Assembly (NCBI GenBank): GCA_032718475.1
Contig: JAUCBJ010005616.1
Coordinates: forward strand, 1-54,762
DNA length: 54,762 nucleotides
Source: Nemertoderma westbladi
Lineage: Eukaryota > Animalia > Xenacoelomorpha
Direction of reading: 5' to 3'
Shown: positions 1 to 13,442 of the stretch, one piece after another
Numbering within the stretch: the stretch's first letter is position 1
How the letters are laid out: the number at the start of each line of letters is the position of its first letter
Notes under the pieces: generated by a model
The model's input: the letters and a program-made list of their open reading frames with translations, nothing else
Database searches by the model: none
Told to the model about the DNA's origin: nothing
Position numbers and translations under genes: made by a program

Positions 1-263
1 TGCTGCTGCAGTGGTTGAGAGCAACTCTCTTCAACATCTGGATTAGGTGATGGGATCTCTACGAACGCTTTAGGTTTATCCAAAAGGACAAAACCATCAA
101 CGCGGGCTTCAGTAAGAGAGACGCCATCCATCGATTCATTGAGAAAACTAATATGAGCTTTATCATTCAAGTAATGCAACTCGATAGAATTTCCACCGGC
201 ACCTACTTCAGTAGAATTATCGGTGTTGGTGATAATAATTTTTTTATTATTGGTTTTAATCAT
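1..263 (-). CDS. Hypothetical protein, runs off the window start (MIKTNNKKIIITNTDNSTEVGAGGNSIELHYL...)
   Basis: ATG at 263-261 with an open frame to position 1. It starts 34 bp after the stop of the 298-918 ORF, a virus-like packing. Confidence 0.5.
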   Translation of the reverse strand, partial: MIKTNNKKIIITNTDNSTEVGAGGNSIELHYLNDKAHISFLNESMDGVSLTEARVDGFVLLDKPKAFVEIPSPNPDVEESCSQPLQQ

Positions 264-297
264 TTTGAGACGGTCTGATAATTGAATGATATTTTTA

Positions 298-918
298 TCA
301 AAAAGATGTCTTGTCTGTTTCAACGACTTGGTTGTCCCACTCTCGCAACAAAACAGTTAGTTCCTGTTTTGACAAATTGAAACCTGTATAATAGTTAAAA
401 CCAACACTGTCAACGTATCTGACGCTGATTTTCCATAAGCCAACATAGTTGGTTCCTTTAAAAGCTGTTACAAATCCAATAAACTCTGGATTTGATAATT
501 CAATGTAGAATTGATCGCTAATAATCTCTAGCGGTGGAGAGAGAAATTGCAATAATTTCCCTCTGTATTGTATTAGAACTTCTGTAAAAGCTTTGTTGAG
601 GACTTTGCATTTGCCCTGTTTCTGAACGTAAACATCACCCGACGCGGGGTTGATGGAAATATTCAAATTTCCCCGCGCAAAACGAGGAGTTGGATATATC
701 CTACCTGGTATAATTGCTGGTCTGGATTGATGTTGGTTGTCGGTTGTTGTTTCTAGAATGTCTAGCAAATAGCGGGTATCTTGATGAGAAAAACAAATTG
801 ATTCGTTGTCTCCCTGAGATTCCACAATAAAATACTTGCTGTAAACAACGGTACAAGTATATTTATTGTAAGTGAATTTCCAGCTATTTGTTGCTCCGGT
901 TTTTTGCGTTAAGGCCAT
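298..918 (-). CDS. 206-aa protein with a C-terminal PC4/Sub1-like ssDNA-binding domain (putative)
   Basis: FIGFVTAFKGTNYVGLWKISVRYVDSVGFNYYTGFNLSKQELTVL resembles the PC4 pattern (V..FKGk.yi.IR....G....GI.L...qw..L). Intronless. Confidence 0.5.
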   Translation of the reverse strand: MALTQKTGATNSWKFTYNKYTCTVVYSKYFIVESQGDNESICFSHQDTRYLLDILETTTDNQHQSRPAIIPGRIYPTPRFARGNLNISINPASGDVYVQKQGKCKVLNKAFTEVLIQYRGKLLQFLSPPLEIISDQFYIELSNPEFIGFVTAFKGTNYVGLWKISVRYVDSVGFNYYTGFNLSKQELTVLLREWDNQVVETDKTSF

Positions 919-1014
919 AATAATAATAATAAATACGAAAAATATTACAAGTGATAAATTTTAAACCGTATCGCTGTAATAAATTGACACCATAGTTCTC
1001 ACTCTAAAATTGTG

Positions 1015-1093
1015 TAAAATCTATATTGAAAATATGACGCTCTTCATTATGATCCAAGCAAGGAAGAGCGTCATATTTTCAATATAGATTTTA
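1015..1093. repeat. Perfect 31-bp inverted repeat with 17-nt spacer
   Basis: TAAAATCTATATTGAAAATATGACGCTCTTC (1015-1045) is the reverse complement of 1063-1093. Confidence 0.9.
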
Positions 1094-2197
1094 ATTATCA
1101 GTATCGAGTTTGTTTTTAGGTCGATACCCAATGCTGGAATCAGTATCATTTTATGTGGCGTCGTTTTCCGACCAACGAATATACAACGAGTAAGATAATG
1201 TAGAAATTATTAAGGAAATAACACAATGTCAGAGTGAGAACAAAAAAAATTAGATATGGTATCAATATATTACCATGAAGATTACTAGAAGTGATGAATT
1301 TTATTAAAAACATTCACTTATATATATATAAATTTGTGATGTGGCATAGTCAACGAAGAAGAGATGGTACGTGTCATAATCATCGACGAATAAGAAAAGA
1401 GATGGAGTGCAACGTGGATGAATGGTTGGTTGCCTGAATAGGAAATACGTGAAAGAATATGAATCATAGGGTTGTGTGTGTGTGTAATAATCAATAATTA
1501 TTATAATAAAAACGTGCAGTATATAATGTTAGTGGTGGTAGCCTTTCAATATGACACAGATGCTGCGGGATTGGTTAGGTTGAGTAACTACTATGCAAAT
1601 GTTGTTTGTATACGTGTAGCCGGGACGTGGATTGGTGACAGCCGTGCTGGAGTTGGCAATCAATATAATATCTGATGTAGTTGGTGGCCACGTTGTCAGC
1701 ATATACAGTATACAGTGGTTGGTTGGTTGGATAGGAAATAACTATGGAAATGTTTGTATACGTGTAGCTGGAAACGTGGCGGAATTTCAACACGTATCCT
1801 ACTGCTGGATTGGTAGGTTGCTCGGTTGAATGGATTGGCGACAGCAGTCGAAGAGTTGGCGATCGAATCGATATAATAGGGTAGTGTGGGGCTAGCCACA
1901 CGATGAGAGGTTTGGTTACGCGCGAAGATGAATATGCTATGGTTGGTTGATGCAACGACACGAACCAATACTCGCGGGTGGTAACAGCTGTAGGAGTAAG
2001 GAGGGCATCGTGAGGTTAGGCTACGCGTAGGTGATAGGCAGCGATTGGCTGAAGGCAAGAATACTGTTGGTGACAGATGGTCATTAAACACCACGATTTA
2101 GCACCGGAATTTGGCATTTTTTAATTGCCTCCGAGATGTGGCCCGTAGCCCAGGCTAGGGAGGAGTGGGTGGAGGGCTATGCTTCTCCTACTACTCT

Positions 2198-4830
2198 TAT
2201 GGTCATCCGATCAGAGACTTGCTGAGAACTTTCAAAGTTAACTGTCAAAATTTTGGTCTTTCTGGAGTTAATAAAAAGACCAACACTAGAAGCAGCATGT
2301 TCTAATGAGCTGAGGAGCCGTTGGGCTCCCTCTAGTGATTCTGAGAGTACTCCTAAGTCATCAGCAAAGTCTAGATCAGTTAGGTACTTGGCAGGATTTC
2401 CTCGACTTCTGGAGTCAGTAGGTGGAGTTATCATCACCCCATCATCATTGTGATGATCTAAGGACATGCGTAGAACATAGTCAACCACAATTATGAACAA
2501 GAATGGTGCAAGTGTGTCTCCCTGGAGGAAGCCCCATAACACTTCAAATGGTTCTGTGTCACCATCAACAGTAGACACAAATGTTGTCGAACCATCGTAT
2601 ACTGATCTGATTGCTGCAATAATTTCATCAGAAATCCCATATAATGAAAGTATGCTGAACATACGTGAGCGTGAGACTGAATCAAAGGCCTTGAAGAAGT
2701 CAACAAAGATAACAGCCAGATGCCTGTCTTTCTTTTTTGATAACTCTTCAATTATCCTTCTAAGTGCCAAAATGGGTTCCATGGTCCCACGACCTTTACG
2801 GAACCCATTCTGATTTCCACGGAGCAGTCTCTCAATGGGATCCCTGATGCGATTTAATAGAATTCTATTGTATAGCTTTGCAGCAATCGAGATCAATGAG
2901 ATTCCTCGAAAGGAACCATAGCGTGTTAGGTTGCCCTTCTTTGGAACTGGCACCAACTTATTTGTTTTCATTTCTTGTGGGACTCTTGTTGTTCGGTACC
3001 TGTCTACTATGATGGGATAGATGAGCTTTAAACACTCAGGTATTTTAAAGACCTCAGGGGGAACACCATCTACTCCACTGGCACGATTGGTCTTAATGCT
3101 CTTTGCAGCAGCCTTCACTTCTGCAAAGGAGATATCGCCAATGGGAATATCTGGGAGTACAGACTCTGATACTTTTACTTCTATAAAGTTATCAGGCAAT
3201 ACCCTGTCATTATTGAGGAGCTTTTCAAAGTGGGCCTTCCAACCATTGAGGCGATCGGCTGGTGATTCAGCCTTAACCTTGGTGGTTGGTTGGCTTTTCC
3301 GCCCAGTAAGCAAGTTGATCGATTTCCATGCCTGGGATGATTGCCTGCTGTCGTCGGCATCATTGATGGCATCAACCTGTTGGTTTATTAGCTCCTGTAG
3401 ATTAACAGAGTACTGCCTGTTCAGGGACCTAGATGCAGCCTTAACTGCATTCTTGGCCGCTGTAGTCTGTTTGACTCAGGACTCTTTCTGCGCCTTATAT
3501 AGGTCATTTCGGCATTTCCGGGTTTTGTTGTCAGTCCAGGGGGCCCTTTTCCTGTTTCGAGGGTATACAGGAACTGTTTCTGCAGCTGCTAACTTAACTG
3601 CTTCTGTGAAGGCAGTATAGCCCACACAGTGATCTGCCGCCTCAGAGGCAAGAACCTCATACCTGTTGCTCAGCTGTAGTGTGAAGCTGGATCTCACACT
3701 TGGCTGTTGCAACAGAGAGGACCAGTCATGTCGCGGCAAGGCAGATTTCGTTGTTCTGCTAGCACGCAGACTAAGTCTTACCTTGGCCACAATAAGGCGG
3801 TGATCACTGGAGAAGGGTCGAAGTGTAAATGCATTACAGTCTTGTATAGAGCTCCTGTACTTTGAACTGGGTTCCAGCCGAAAACAATCCATTTCCAGAG
3901 ATAAAATCCTGAAGATGGACGGAATTTTGGTTGACACTTATTGCTATAGACCCATGGCGATGTAGGTGATTGATGCAGACTTGCATTAAAGTCTCCCAGG
4001 AATGTTAAGAATGCATGCTGATCCACTCCATCAGTAGCTGCTTGCAGATTGTGGTAGAAATTTTCCACCTCCTCTACAGGGGCAACACTAGTTGGAGAGT
4101 AGCACACAATCAGAACCACCTTAGGAAACTTCATAGCCAGTCTTCCAGAACATGAGAAGTTGCAACGGATGATGCGGTTAGAGATTTGGTCTATTTTGTC
4201 CAATGCTGCATGTGCAGTTGGATTCATCAATAGACCAATACCACCATTGCCACTATCATCTGCTGACGCAAGGGCGAGTCGCCAACCGCCCCCTATGTCC
4301 TTAATCAGAACCTCATCAGTCTGTCCAGTCTGCATTCGGTGCTCTTGAACACCCACTGCGCTAAGAGAAAGCTTATCTGCCAAGGCAGTCAGCTCACCTT
4401 GTCGCATTGGGGACCCGAGTGTTAGGGTGTTTACTGAGGCTAGTCTAGTGACTTGCCTCAGATTCACCAATGGCTTTGTTGGTCGGGGTGGAACATGAGA
4501 GTAGCTCCAACTCCAGAATCCCTCTCCCCCTCACAATCTGGCCTCTCTGGTGACCCAGGGTTTGGGCCAGAAAGGTCATCAGGACAGGGACTCAAAGAAT
4601 GGTTGGCTTCTCTCTCTCCAGTAGGGGGTGAGACAGGCAGCCGGTCAGGAGATAACTGACGCCTGTGAGGCCGATTGTGTCTGGTAATTCCACTGGCCTC
4701 TAGTGGCCGGACCTCCGCATTACTAATGTAATCCATAGTGGGGGGTTGGGGGGTGCTTTTTTGCCGAGTCAGCTCTCGGGGCAAATACCACACCCTGGTT
4801 TGCCGTTCCACAGGGTGGGGCAAGCTATTT
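2198..4830 (-). mobile_element. RTE-clade non-LTR retrotransposon (APE endonuclease + RT), frameshifted and 3'-interrupted
   Basis: EN motifs GVQEHR, YSPT and GDFNA (3778-4470) and SDH (3476-3937). RT motifs FRGISL, QNGFRKGRG, FVDFFKAFDSV, GFLQGDTLAPFLF and LDFADDL (2177-3313). Split over several frames. Confidence 0.9.
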
Positions 4831-4869
4831 ACTCTTCTTGTATATCTCTTCTAGCACCTATAAATGAAC

Positions 4870-4986
4870 ATGCTGACGTCAGATTTTGGCTGACCCCCTC
4901 CCCTCCCCTCATCAGCACGTCATCAGATTTTCCCAACCCCCCTCCCCCCCCCCCTAAAGTGCTGACGTCATACTTGGACGGCCCCT
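4870..4986. mobile_element. One end of a small MITE (...GCTGACGTCATACTTGGACGGCCCCT)
   Basis: Terminus resembles common GGGGCCGTCCA...TGACGTCA invertebrate MITEs. The other end is not visible. Confidence 0.35.
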
Positions 4987-5039
4987 ATGTGCCAGGTATC
5001 AATCAAGAAGAAAATGATTACAAACAATAATACGAAATG

Positions 5040-5614
5040 GTTGCAGTAGCGGTAGTCTGGAGAACTTAGATTGATTGGTGTTCGCACAAAGACAAAGTGT
5101 ATCGATGGTCTGCTAGCGGTCTAGCACGTATATTCGTTAAGTTTCAGATTGAACGGATAACAAATAACGAAATGTGAGAATGTGATTTCACTTACAGACA
5201 TTTCGCCCTCGACACGGCCAACGTTTGAAGTGTAGATGGGGTACCCTCCGACAAAGAAGCAACCAGGTTTCTAGTACATAATAATTATATGCCAAGTTTC
5301 TGCTTAAAGAGTTTAATATCAAGGAAACAGTGAAAGGTTTCACTTTTAGATACTTCGTCCTCTAGTGGCAGACAGGAGAACAGCGGACCGATTATGTTCC
5401 CCACAAATACGCAGGCTCTGTTCTAGCACAAATCCACAAGTTTTGGCTATACTGGATCATAAATAACGAAATGAGATAATGATTTATCTTTCAGTCATTA
5501 TCTAGCGCCAGACTGGAAAACTGCTGACTGATTTTTTTCCTTTGAAAGACTCACCTTTTAAAGCAACAGTGGTCAGTTCGATAACGCTCCGCCAACTTCG
5601 TGGCTCGCCCCACA
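5040..5614 (-). mobile_element. Diverged partial copy of the HINE/Helentron-like family found at 29815-31125
   Basis: 5586-5614 is the reverse complement of 29815-29843 (TGTGGGGCGAGCCACGAAGTTGGCGGAGC). Shares CCCTCTAG-type internal motifs. Left boundary approximate. Confidence 0.6.
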
Positions 5615-5751
5615 TTCACACTGTCAAGTACTATGCACCTAGTATTTCAAAATTGGAACATTACGAGCGGAATACAGATGAATAAATTGTATAACACATT
5701 TCTTTTTAGTTTAAATTTCGAGAAAAAAGAAATAAATAAATGATAGAACGA

Positions 5752-8700
5752 TGTGTTACAAAATAAACTGAACTGTAGTCCAATCACCACACTGTGTTAC
5801 AAAATAAACTGAACTGTAGTCCCACCACCACACTGTGTTACAAAATAAACTGAACTGTAGTCCCACCACCACACTGTGTTACAAAATAAACTGAACTGTA
5901 GTCCCACCACCACACTGTGTTACAAAATAAACTGAACTGTAGTCCAACCACCACACTGTGTTACAAAATAAACTGAACTGTAGTCCCACCACCACACTGT
6001 GTTACAAAATAAACTGAACTGTAGTCCCACCACACTGTGTTACCAAATAAACTGAACTGTAGTCCAATCACCACACTGTGTTACAAAATAAACTGAACTG
6101 TAGTCCCAACACACTGTGTTACAAAATAAACTGAACTGTAGTCCCACCACCACACTGTGTTACAAAATAAACTGAACTGTAGTCCAACCACCACACTGTG
6201 TTACAAAATAAACTGAACTGTAGTCCCACCACACTGTGTTACAAAATAAACTGAACTGTAGTCCAATCACCACACTGTGTTACAAAATAAACTGAACTGT
6301 AGTCCAAACACACTGTGTTACAAAATAAACTGAACTGTAGTCCAACCACCACACTGTGTTACAAAATAAACTGAACTGTAGTCCCAACACACTGTGTTAC
6401 AAAATAAACTGAGCTGTAGTCCAACCACCACACTGTGTTACAAAATAAACTGAACTGTAGTCCCACCACCACACTGTGTTACAAAATAAACTGAACTGTA
6501 GTCCCAACACACTGTGTTACAAAATAAACTGATAAAACAAAACAAAAACAAAACAAAATAAACTGAACTGTAGTCCAACCACCACACTGTGTTACAAAAT
6601 AAACTGAACTGTAGTCCAACCACCACACTGTGTTACAAAATAAACTGAACTGTAGTCCAACCACCACACTGTGTTACAAAATAAACTGATAAAACAAAAC
6701 AAAAACAAAACAAAATAAACAGAACTGTAGTCCAACCACCACACTGTGTTACAAAATAAACTGAACTGTAGTCCAACCACCACACTGTGTTACAAAATAA
6801 ACTGAACTGTATTCCCACCACACTGTGTTACAAAATAAACTGAACTGTAGTCCAACCACACTGTGTCACAAAATCAACTGAACTGTAGTCCAATCACCAC
6901 ACTGTGTTACAAAATAAACTGAACTGTAGTCCCACCACCACACTGTGTTACAAAATAAACTGAACTGTAGTCCCACCACCACACTGTGTTACAAAATAAA
7001 CTGAACTGTAGTCCCACCACCACACTGTGTTACAAAATAAACTGAACTGTAGTCCAACCACCACACTGTGTTACAAAATAAACTGAACTGTAGTCCCACC
7101 ACCACACTGTGTTACAAAATAAACTGAACTGTAGTCCCACCACACTGTGTTACCAAATAAACTGAACTGTAGTCCAATCACCACACTGTGTTACAAAATA
7201 AACTGAACTGTAGTCCCAACACACTGTGTTACAAAATAAACTGAACTGTAGTCCCACCACCACACTGTGTTACAAAATAAACTGAACTGTAGTCCAACCA
7301 CCACACTGTGTTACAAAATAAACTGAACTGTAGTCCCACCACACTGTGTTACAAAATAAACTGAACTGTAGTCCAATCACCACACTGTGTTACAAAATAA
7401 ACTGAACTGTAGTCCAAACACACTGTGTTACAAAATAAACTGAACTGTAGTCCAACCACCACACTGTGTTACAAAATAAACTGAACTGTAGTCCCAACAC
7501 ACTGTGTTACAAAATAAACTGAGCTGTAGTCCAACCACCACACTGTGTTACAAAATAAACTGAACTGTAGTCCCAACACACTGTGTTACAAAATAAACTG
7601 ATAAAACAAAACAAAAACAAAACAAAATAAACTGAACTGTAGTCCAACCACCACACTGTGTTACAAAATAAACTGAACTGTAGTCCAACCACCACACTGT
7701 GTTACAAAATAAACTGAACTGTAGTCCAACCACCACACTGTGTTACAAAATAAACTGATAAAACAAAACAAAAACAAAACAAAATAAACAGAACTGTAGT
7801 CCAACCACCACACTGTGTTACAAAATAAACTGAACTGTAGTCCAACCACCACACTGTGTTACAAAATAAACTGAACTGTAGTCCAACCACCACACTGTGT
7901 TACAAAATAAACTGATAAAACAAAATAAACTGAACTGTAGTCCAACCACCACACTGTGTTACAAAATAAACTGAACTGTAGTCCAACCACCACACTGTGT
8001 TACAAAATAAACTGAACTGTAGTCCCAACACACTGTGTTACAAAATAAACTGAGCTGTAGTCCAACCACCACACTGTGTTACAAAATAAACTGAACTGTA
8101 GTCCCACCACACTGTGTTACAAAATAAACTGAACTGTAGTCCAACCACCACACTGTGTTACAAATTAAACTGAACTGTAGTCCCAACACACTGTGTTACA
8201 AAATAAACTGAACTGTAGTCCCACCACACTGTGTTACAAAATAAACTGAACTGTAGTCCAACCACCACACTGTGTTACAAAATAAACTGAACTGTAGTCC
8301 CAACACACTGTGTTACAAAATAAACTGAGCTGTAGTCCAACCACCACACTGTGTTACAAAATAAACTGAACTGTAGTCCCACCACACTGTGTTACAAAAT
8401 AAACTGAACTGTAGTCCCACCACCACACTGTGTTACAAAATAAACTGAACTGTAGTCCAACCACCACACTGTGTTACAAAATAAACTGAACTGTAGTCCC
8501 ACCACCACACTGTGTTACAAAATAAACTGAACTGTAGTCCAACCACCACACTGTGTTACAAAATAAACTGAACTGTAGTCCCACCACACTGTGTTACAAA
8601 ATAAACTGAACTGTAGTCCAACCACCACAATGTGTTACAAAATAAACTGAACTGTAGTCCAACCACCACACTGTGTTACAAATTAAACTGAACTGTAGTC

Positions 8701-11700
8701 CCAACACACTGTGTTACCAAATAAACTGAACTGTAGTCCCAACACACTGTGTTACAAAATAAACTGAACTGTAGTCCCACCACACTGTGTTACAAAATAA
8801 ACTGAACTGTAGTCCAACCACCACACCGTGTTACAAATTAAACTGAACTGTAGTCCCAACACACTGTGTTACAAAATAAACTGAACTGTAGTCCCAACAC
8901 ACTGTGTTACAAAATAAACTGAACTGTAGTCCCACCACACTGTGTTACCAAATAAACTGAACTGTAGTCCCAACACACTGTGTTACAAAATAAACTGAAC
9001 TGTAGTCCCACCACACTGTGTTACAAAATAAACTGAACTGTAGTCCAACCACCACACTGTGTTACAAAATAAACTGAACTGTAGTCCCAACACACTGTGT
9101 TACAAAATAAACTGAACTGTAGTCCCACCCCACACTGTGTTACAAAATAAACTGAACTGTAGTCCCACCACAACACTGTGTTACAAAATAAACTGAACTG
9201 TAGTCCAACCACACTGTGTTACAAAATAAACTGAACTGTAGTCCCACCGACACTGTGTTACAAAATAAACTGAACTGTAGTCCCACCACACTGTGTTACA
9301 AAATAAACTGAACTGTAGTCCCACCACACTGTTTTATAAAATAAACTGAACTGTAGTCCCACCACCACCCTGTGTTACAAAATAAACTGAACTGTAGTCC
9401 CACCACCACACTGTGTTACAAAATAAACTGAACTGTATTCCCACCACACTGTGTTACAAAATAAACTGAACTGTAGTCCAACCACACTGTGTCACAAAAT
9501 CAACTGAACTGTAGTCCCACCGACACTGTGTTACAAAATAAACTGAACTGTAGTCCCACCACACTGTGTTACAAAATAAACTGAACTGTAGTCCCACCAC
9601 ACTGTGTTACAAAATAAACTGAACTGTAGTCCAACCACACTGTGTTACAAAATAAACTGAACTGTAGTCCCACCACACTGTGTTACAAAATAAACTGAAC
9701 TGTAGTCCCACCACCACACTGTGTTACAAAATAAACTGAACTGTAGTCCCACCCTGAACTATAGTCCCACCACACTGTGTTACAAAATAAACTGAACTGT
9801 AGTCCCACCACCGCACTGTGTTACAAAATAAACTGAACTGTAGTCCCACCCTGAACTATAGTCCCACCACACTGTGTTACAAAATAAACTGAACTGTAGT
9901 CCCACTGTGATACAAAATAAACTGAACTGTAGTCCCAACACACTGTGTTACAAAATAAACTAAACTGTAGTCCCACACTGTGTTACAAAATAATCTGAAC
10001 TGTAGTCCAACCACACTGTGTTACAAATTAAACTGAACTGTAGTCCCAACACACTGTGTTACAAAATAAACTGAACTGTAGTCCCAACACACTGTGTTAC
10101 AAAATAAACTGAACTGTAGTCCCAACACACTGTGTTACAAAATAAACTGAGCTGTAGTCCAACCACCACACTGTGTTACAAAATAAACTGAACTGTAGTC
10201 CCACCACACTGTGTTACAAAATAAACTGAACTGTAGTCCCACCACCACACTGTGTTACAAAATAAACTGAACTGTAGTCCAACCACCACACTGTGTTACA
10301 AAATAAACTGAACTGTAGTCCCACCACACTGTGTTACCAAATAAACTGAACTGTAGTCCAATCACCACACTGTGTTACAAAATAAACTGAACTGTAGTCC
10401 CAACACGCTGTGTTACAAAATAAACTGAACTGTAGTCCAACCACCACACTGTGTTACAAATTAAACTGAACTGTAGTCCCAACACACTGTGTTACAAAAT
10501 AAACTGAACTGTAGTCCCACCATACTGTGTTACAAAATAAACTGAACTGTAGTCCAACCACCACACTGTGTTACAAAATAAACTGAACTGTAGTCCCAAC
10601 ACACTGTGTTACAAAATAAACTGAGCTGTAGTCCAACCACCACACTGTGTTACAAAATAAACTGAACTGTAGTCCCACCACACTGTGTTACAAAATAAAC
10701 TGAACTGTAGTCCCACCACCACACTGTGTTACAAAATAAACTGAACTGTAGTCCAACCACCACACTGTGTTACAAAATAAACTGAACTGTAGTCCCACCA
10801 CCACACTGTGTTACAAAATAAACTGAACTGTAGTCCAACCACCACACTGTGTTACAAAATAAACTGAACTGTAGTCCCACCACACTGTGTTACAAAATAA
10901 ACTGAACTGTAGTCCAACCACCACACTGTGTTACAAAATAAACTGAACTGTAGTCCAACCACCACACTGTGTTACAAATTAAACTGAACTGTAGTCCCAA
11001 CACACTGTGTTACCAAATAAACTGAACTGTAGTCCCAACACACTGTGTTACAAAATAAACTGAACTGTAGTCCCACCACACTGTGTTACAAAATAAACTG
11101 AACTGTAGTCCAACCACCACACCGTGTTACAAATTAAACTTAACTGTAGTCCCAACACACTGTGTTACAAAATAAACTGAACTGTAGTCCCAACACACTG
11201 TGTTACAAAATAAACTGAACTGTAGTCCCACCACACTGTGTTACAAAATAAACTGAACTGTAGTCCCAACACACTGTGTTACAAAATAAACTGAACTGTA
11301 GTCCCACCACACTGTGTTATAAAATAAACTGAACTGTAGTCCAACCACCACACTGTGTTACAAAATAAACTGAACTGTAGTCCCAACACACTGTGTTACA
11401 AAATAAACTGAACTGTAGTCCCACCCCACACTGTGTTACAAAATAAACTGAACTGTAGTCCCACCACCACACTGTGTTACAAAATAAACTGAACTGTAGT
11501 CCAACCACACTGTGTTACAAAATAAACTGAACTGTAGTCCCACCGACACTGTGTTACAAAATAAACTGAACTGTAGTCCCACCACACTGTGTTACAAAAT
11601 AAACTGAACTGTAGTCCCACCACACTGTTTTATAAAATAAACTGAACTGTAGTCCCACCACCACCCTGTGTTACAAAATAAACTGAACTGTAGTCCCACC

Positions 11701-13442
11701 ACCACACTGTGTTACAAAATAAACTGAACTGTATTCCCACCACACTGTGTTACAAAATAAACTGAACTGTAGTCCAACCACACTGTGTCACAAAATCAAC
11801 TGAACTGTAGTCCCACCGACACTGTGTTACAAAATAAACTGAACTGTAGTCCCACCACACTGTGTTACAAAATAAACTGAACTGTAGTCCCACCACACTG
11901 TGTTACAAAATAAACTGAACTGTAGTCCAACCACACTGTGTTACAAAATAAACTGAACTGTAGTCCCACCACACTGTGTTACAAAATAAACTGAACTGTA
12001 GTCCCACCACCACACTGTGTTACAAAATAAACTGAACTGTAGTCCCACCCTGAACTATAGTCCCACCACACTGTGTTACAAAATAAACTGAACTGTAGTC
12101 CCACCACCGCACTGTGTTACAAAATAAACTGAACTGTAGTCCCACCCTGAACTATAGTCCCACCACACTGTGTTACAAAATAAACTGAACTGTAGTCCCA
12201 CTGTGATACAAAAAAACTGAACTGTAGTCCCAACACACTGTGTTACAAAATAAACTAAACTGTAGTCCCACACTGTGTTACAAAATAATCTGAACTGTAG
12301 TCCAACCACACTGTGTTACAAATTAAACTGAACTGTAGTCCCAACACACTGTGTTACAAAATAAACTGAACTGTAGTCCCAACACACTGTGTTACAAAAT
12401 AATCTGAACTGTAGTCCCAACACACTGTGTTACAAAATAAACTGAACTGTAGTCCCACATTATGTTACAAAATAAACTGAACTGTAGTCCACACTGTGTT
12501 ACAAAATAAACTGAACTGTAGTCCCAACACACTGTGTTACAAAATAAACTGAACTGTAGACCCACCACCACACTGTGTTACAAAATAAACTGAACTGTAG
12601 ACCCACCCTGAACTATAGTCCAACCACACTGTGTTACAAATTAAACTGAACTGTAGTCCCAGCACACTGTGTTACAAAATAAACTGAACTGTAGACCCAC
12701 CACCACACTGTGTTACAAAATAAACTGAACTGTAGTCCCACCCTGAACTATAGTCCAACCACACTGTGTTACAAATTAAACTGAACTGTAGTCCCAGCAC
12801 ACTGTGTTACAAAATAAACTGAACTGTAGTCCCACACTGTGTTACAAAATAAACTGAACTGTAGTCCAACCACACTGTGTTACAAATTAAACTGAACTGT
12901 AGTCCCAACACACTGTGTTACAAAATAAACTGAACTGTAGTCCCAACACACTGTGTTACAAAATAAACTGAACTGTAGTCCCAACACACTGTGTTACAAA
13001 ATAAACTGAACTGTAGTCCCACACTGTGTTACAAAATAAACTGAACTGTAGTCCCAACACACTGTGTTACAAAATAAACTGAACTGTAGTCTCAACACAC
13101 TGTGTTACAAAATAAACTGAACTGTAGACCCAACACACTGTGTTACAAAATGAACTGAACTGTAGTCCCAACACACTGTGTTACAAAATAAACTGAACTG
13201 TAGTCCCACCACACTGTTACAAAATAAACTGAACTAAACTGTAGGCCCACACTGTGTTACAAAATAAACTGAACTGTAGTCCCACACTGTGTTACAAAAT
13301 AAACTGAACTGTAGTCCCACACTATGTTACAAAATAAATTGAACTGTAGTCCAACCACACTGTGTTACAAAATAAACTGAACTGTAGTCCCACCCACCAC
13401 ACTGTGTTACAAAATAAACTGAACTGTAGTCCCACCACACTG
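5752..13442. repeat. Tandem satellite with 38-41-bp unit TGTGTTACAAAATAAACTGAACTGTAGTCC(C/A)ACC(ACC)ACAC, about 195 copies with higher-order blocks
   Basis: Directly visible. Variant patterns recur at about 1.07-1.11 kb and about 2.3 kb spacing. Confidence 0.97.

Larger units (their letters stand above)
1..2197. mobile_element. Probable terminal part of a Maverick/Polinton-like element inserted into an RTE LINE
   Basis: Ends ...CCTACTACTCT at 2197 (5'-AGAGTAGTAG on the minus strand), matching the AG/AGT-repeat termini of Polintons. The LINE RT reading frame loses homology exactly here. Inward lie degenerate ~150-bp subterminal repeats (about 1400-1900) and two closely packed intronless ORFs. 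No core Polinton gene is in the window. Confidence 0.5.

Noticed and set aside
5752-13442. CRISPR-like appearance of a constant ~30-bp repeat with variable linkers
   Set aside because: Linkers are 5-11-nt variants of one CA-rich motif, not unique spacers. No cas genes, and the context is eukaryotic.
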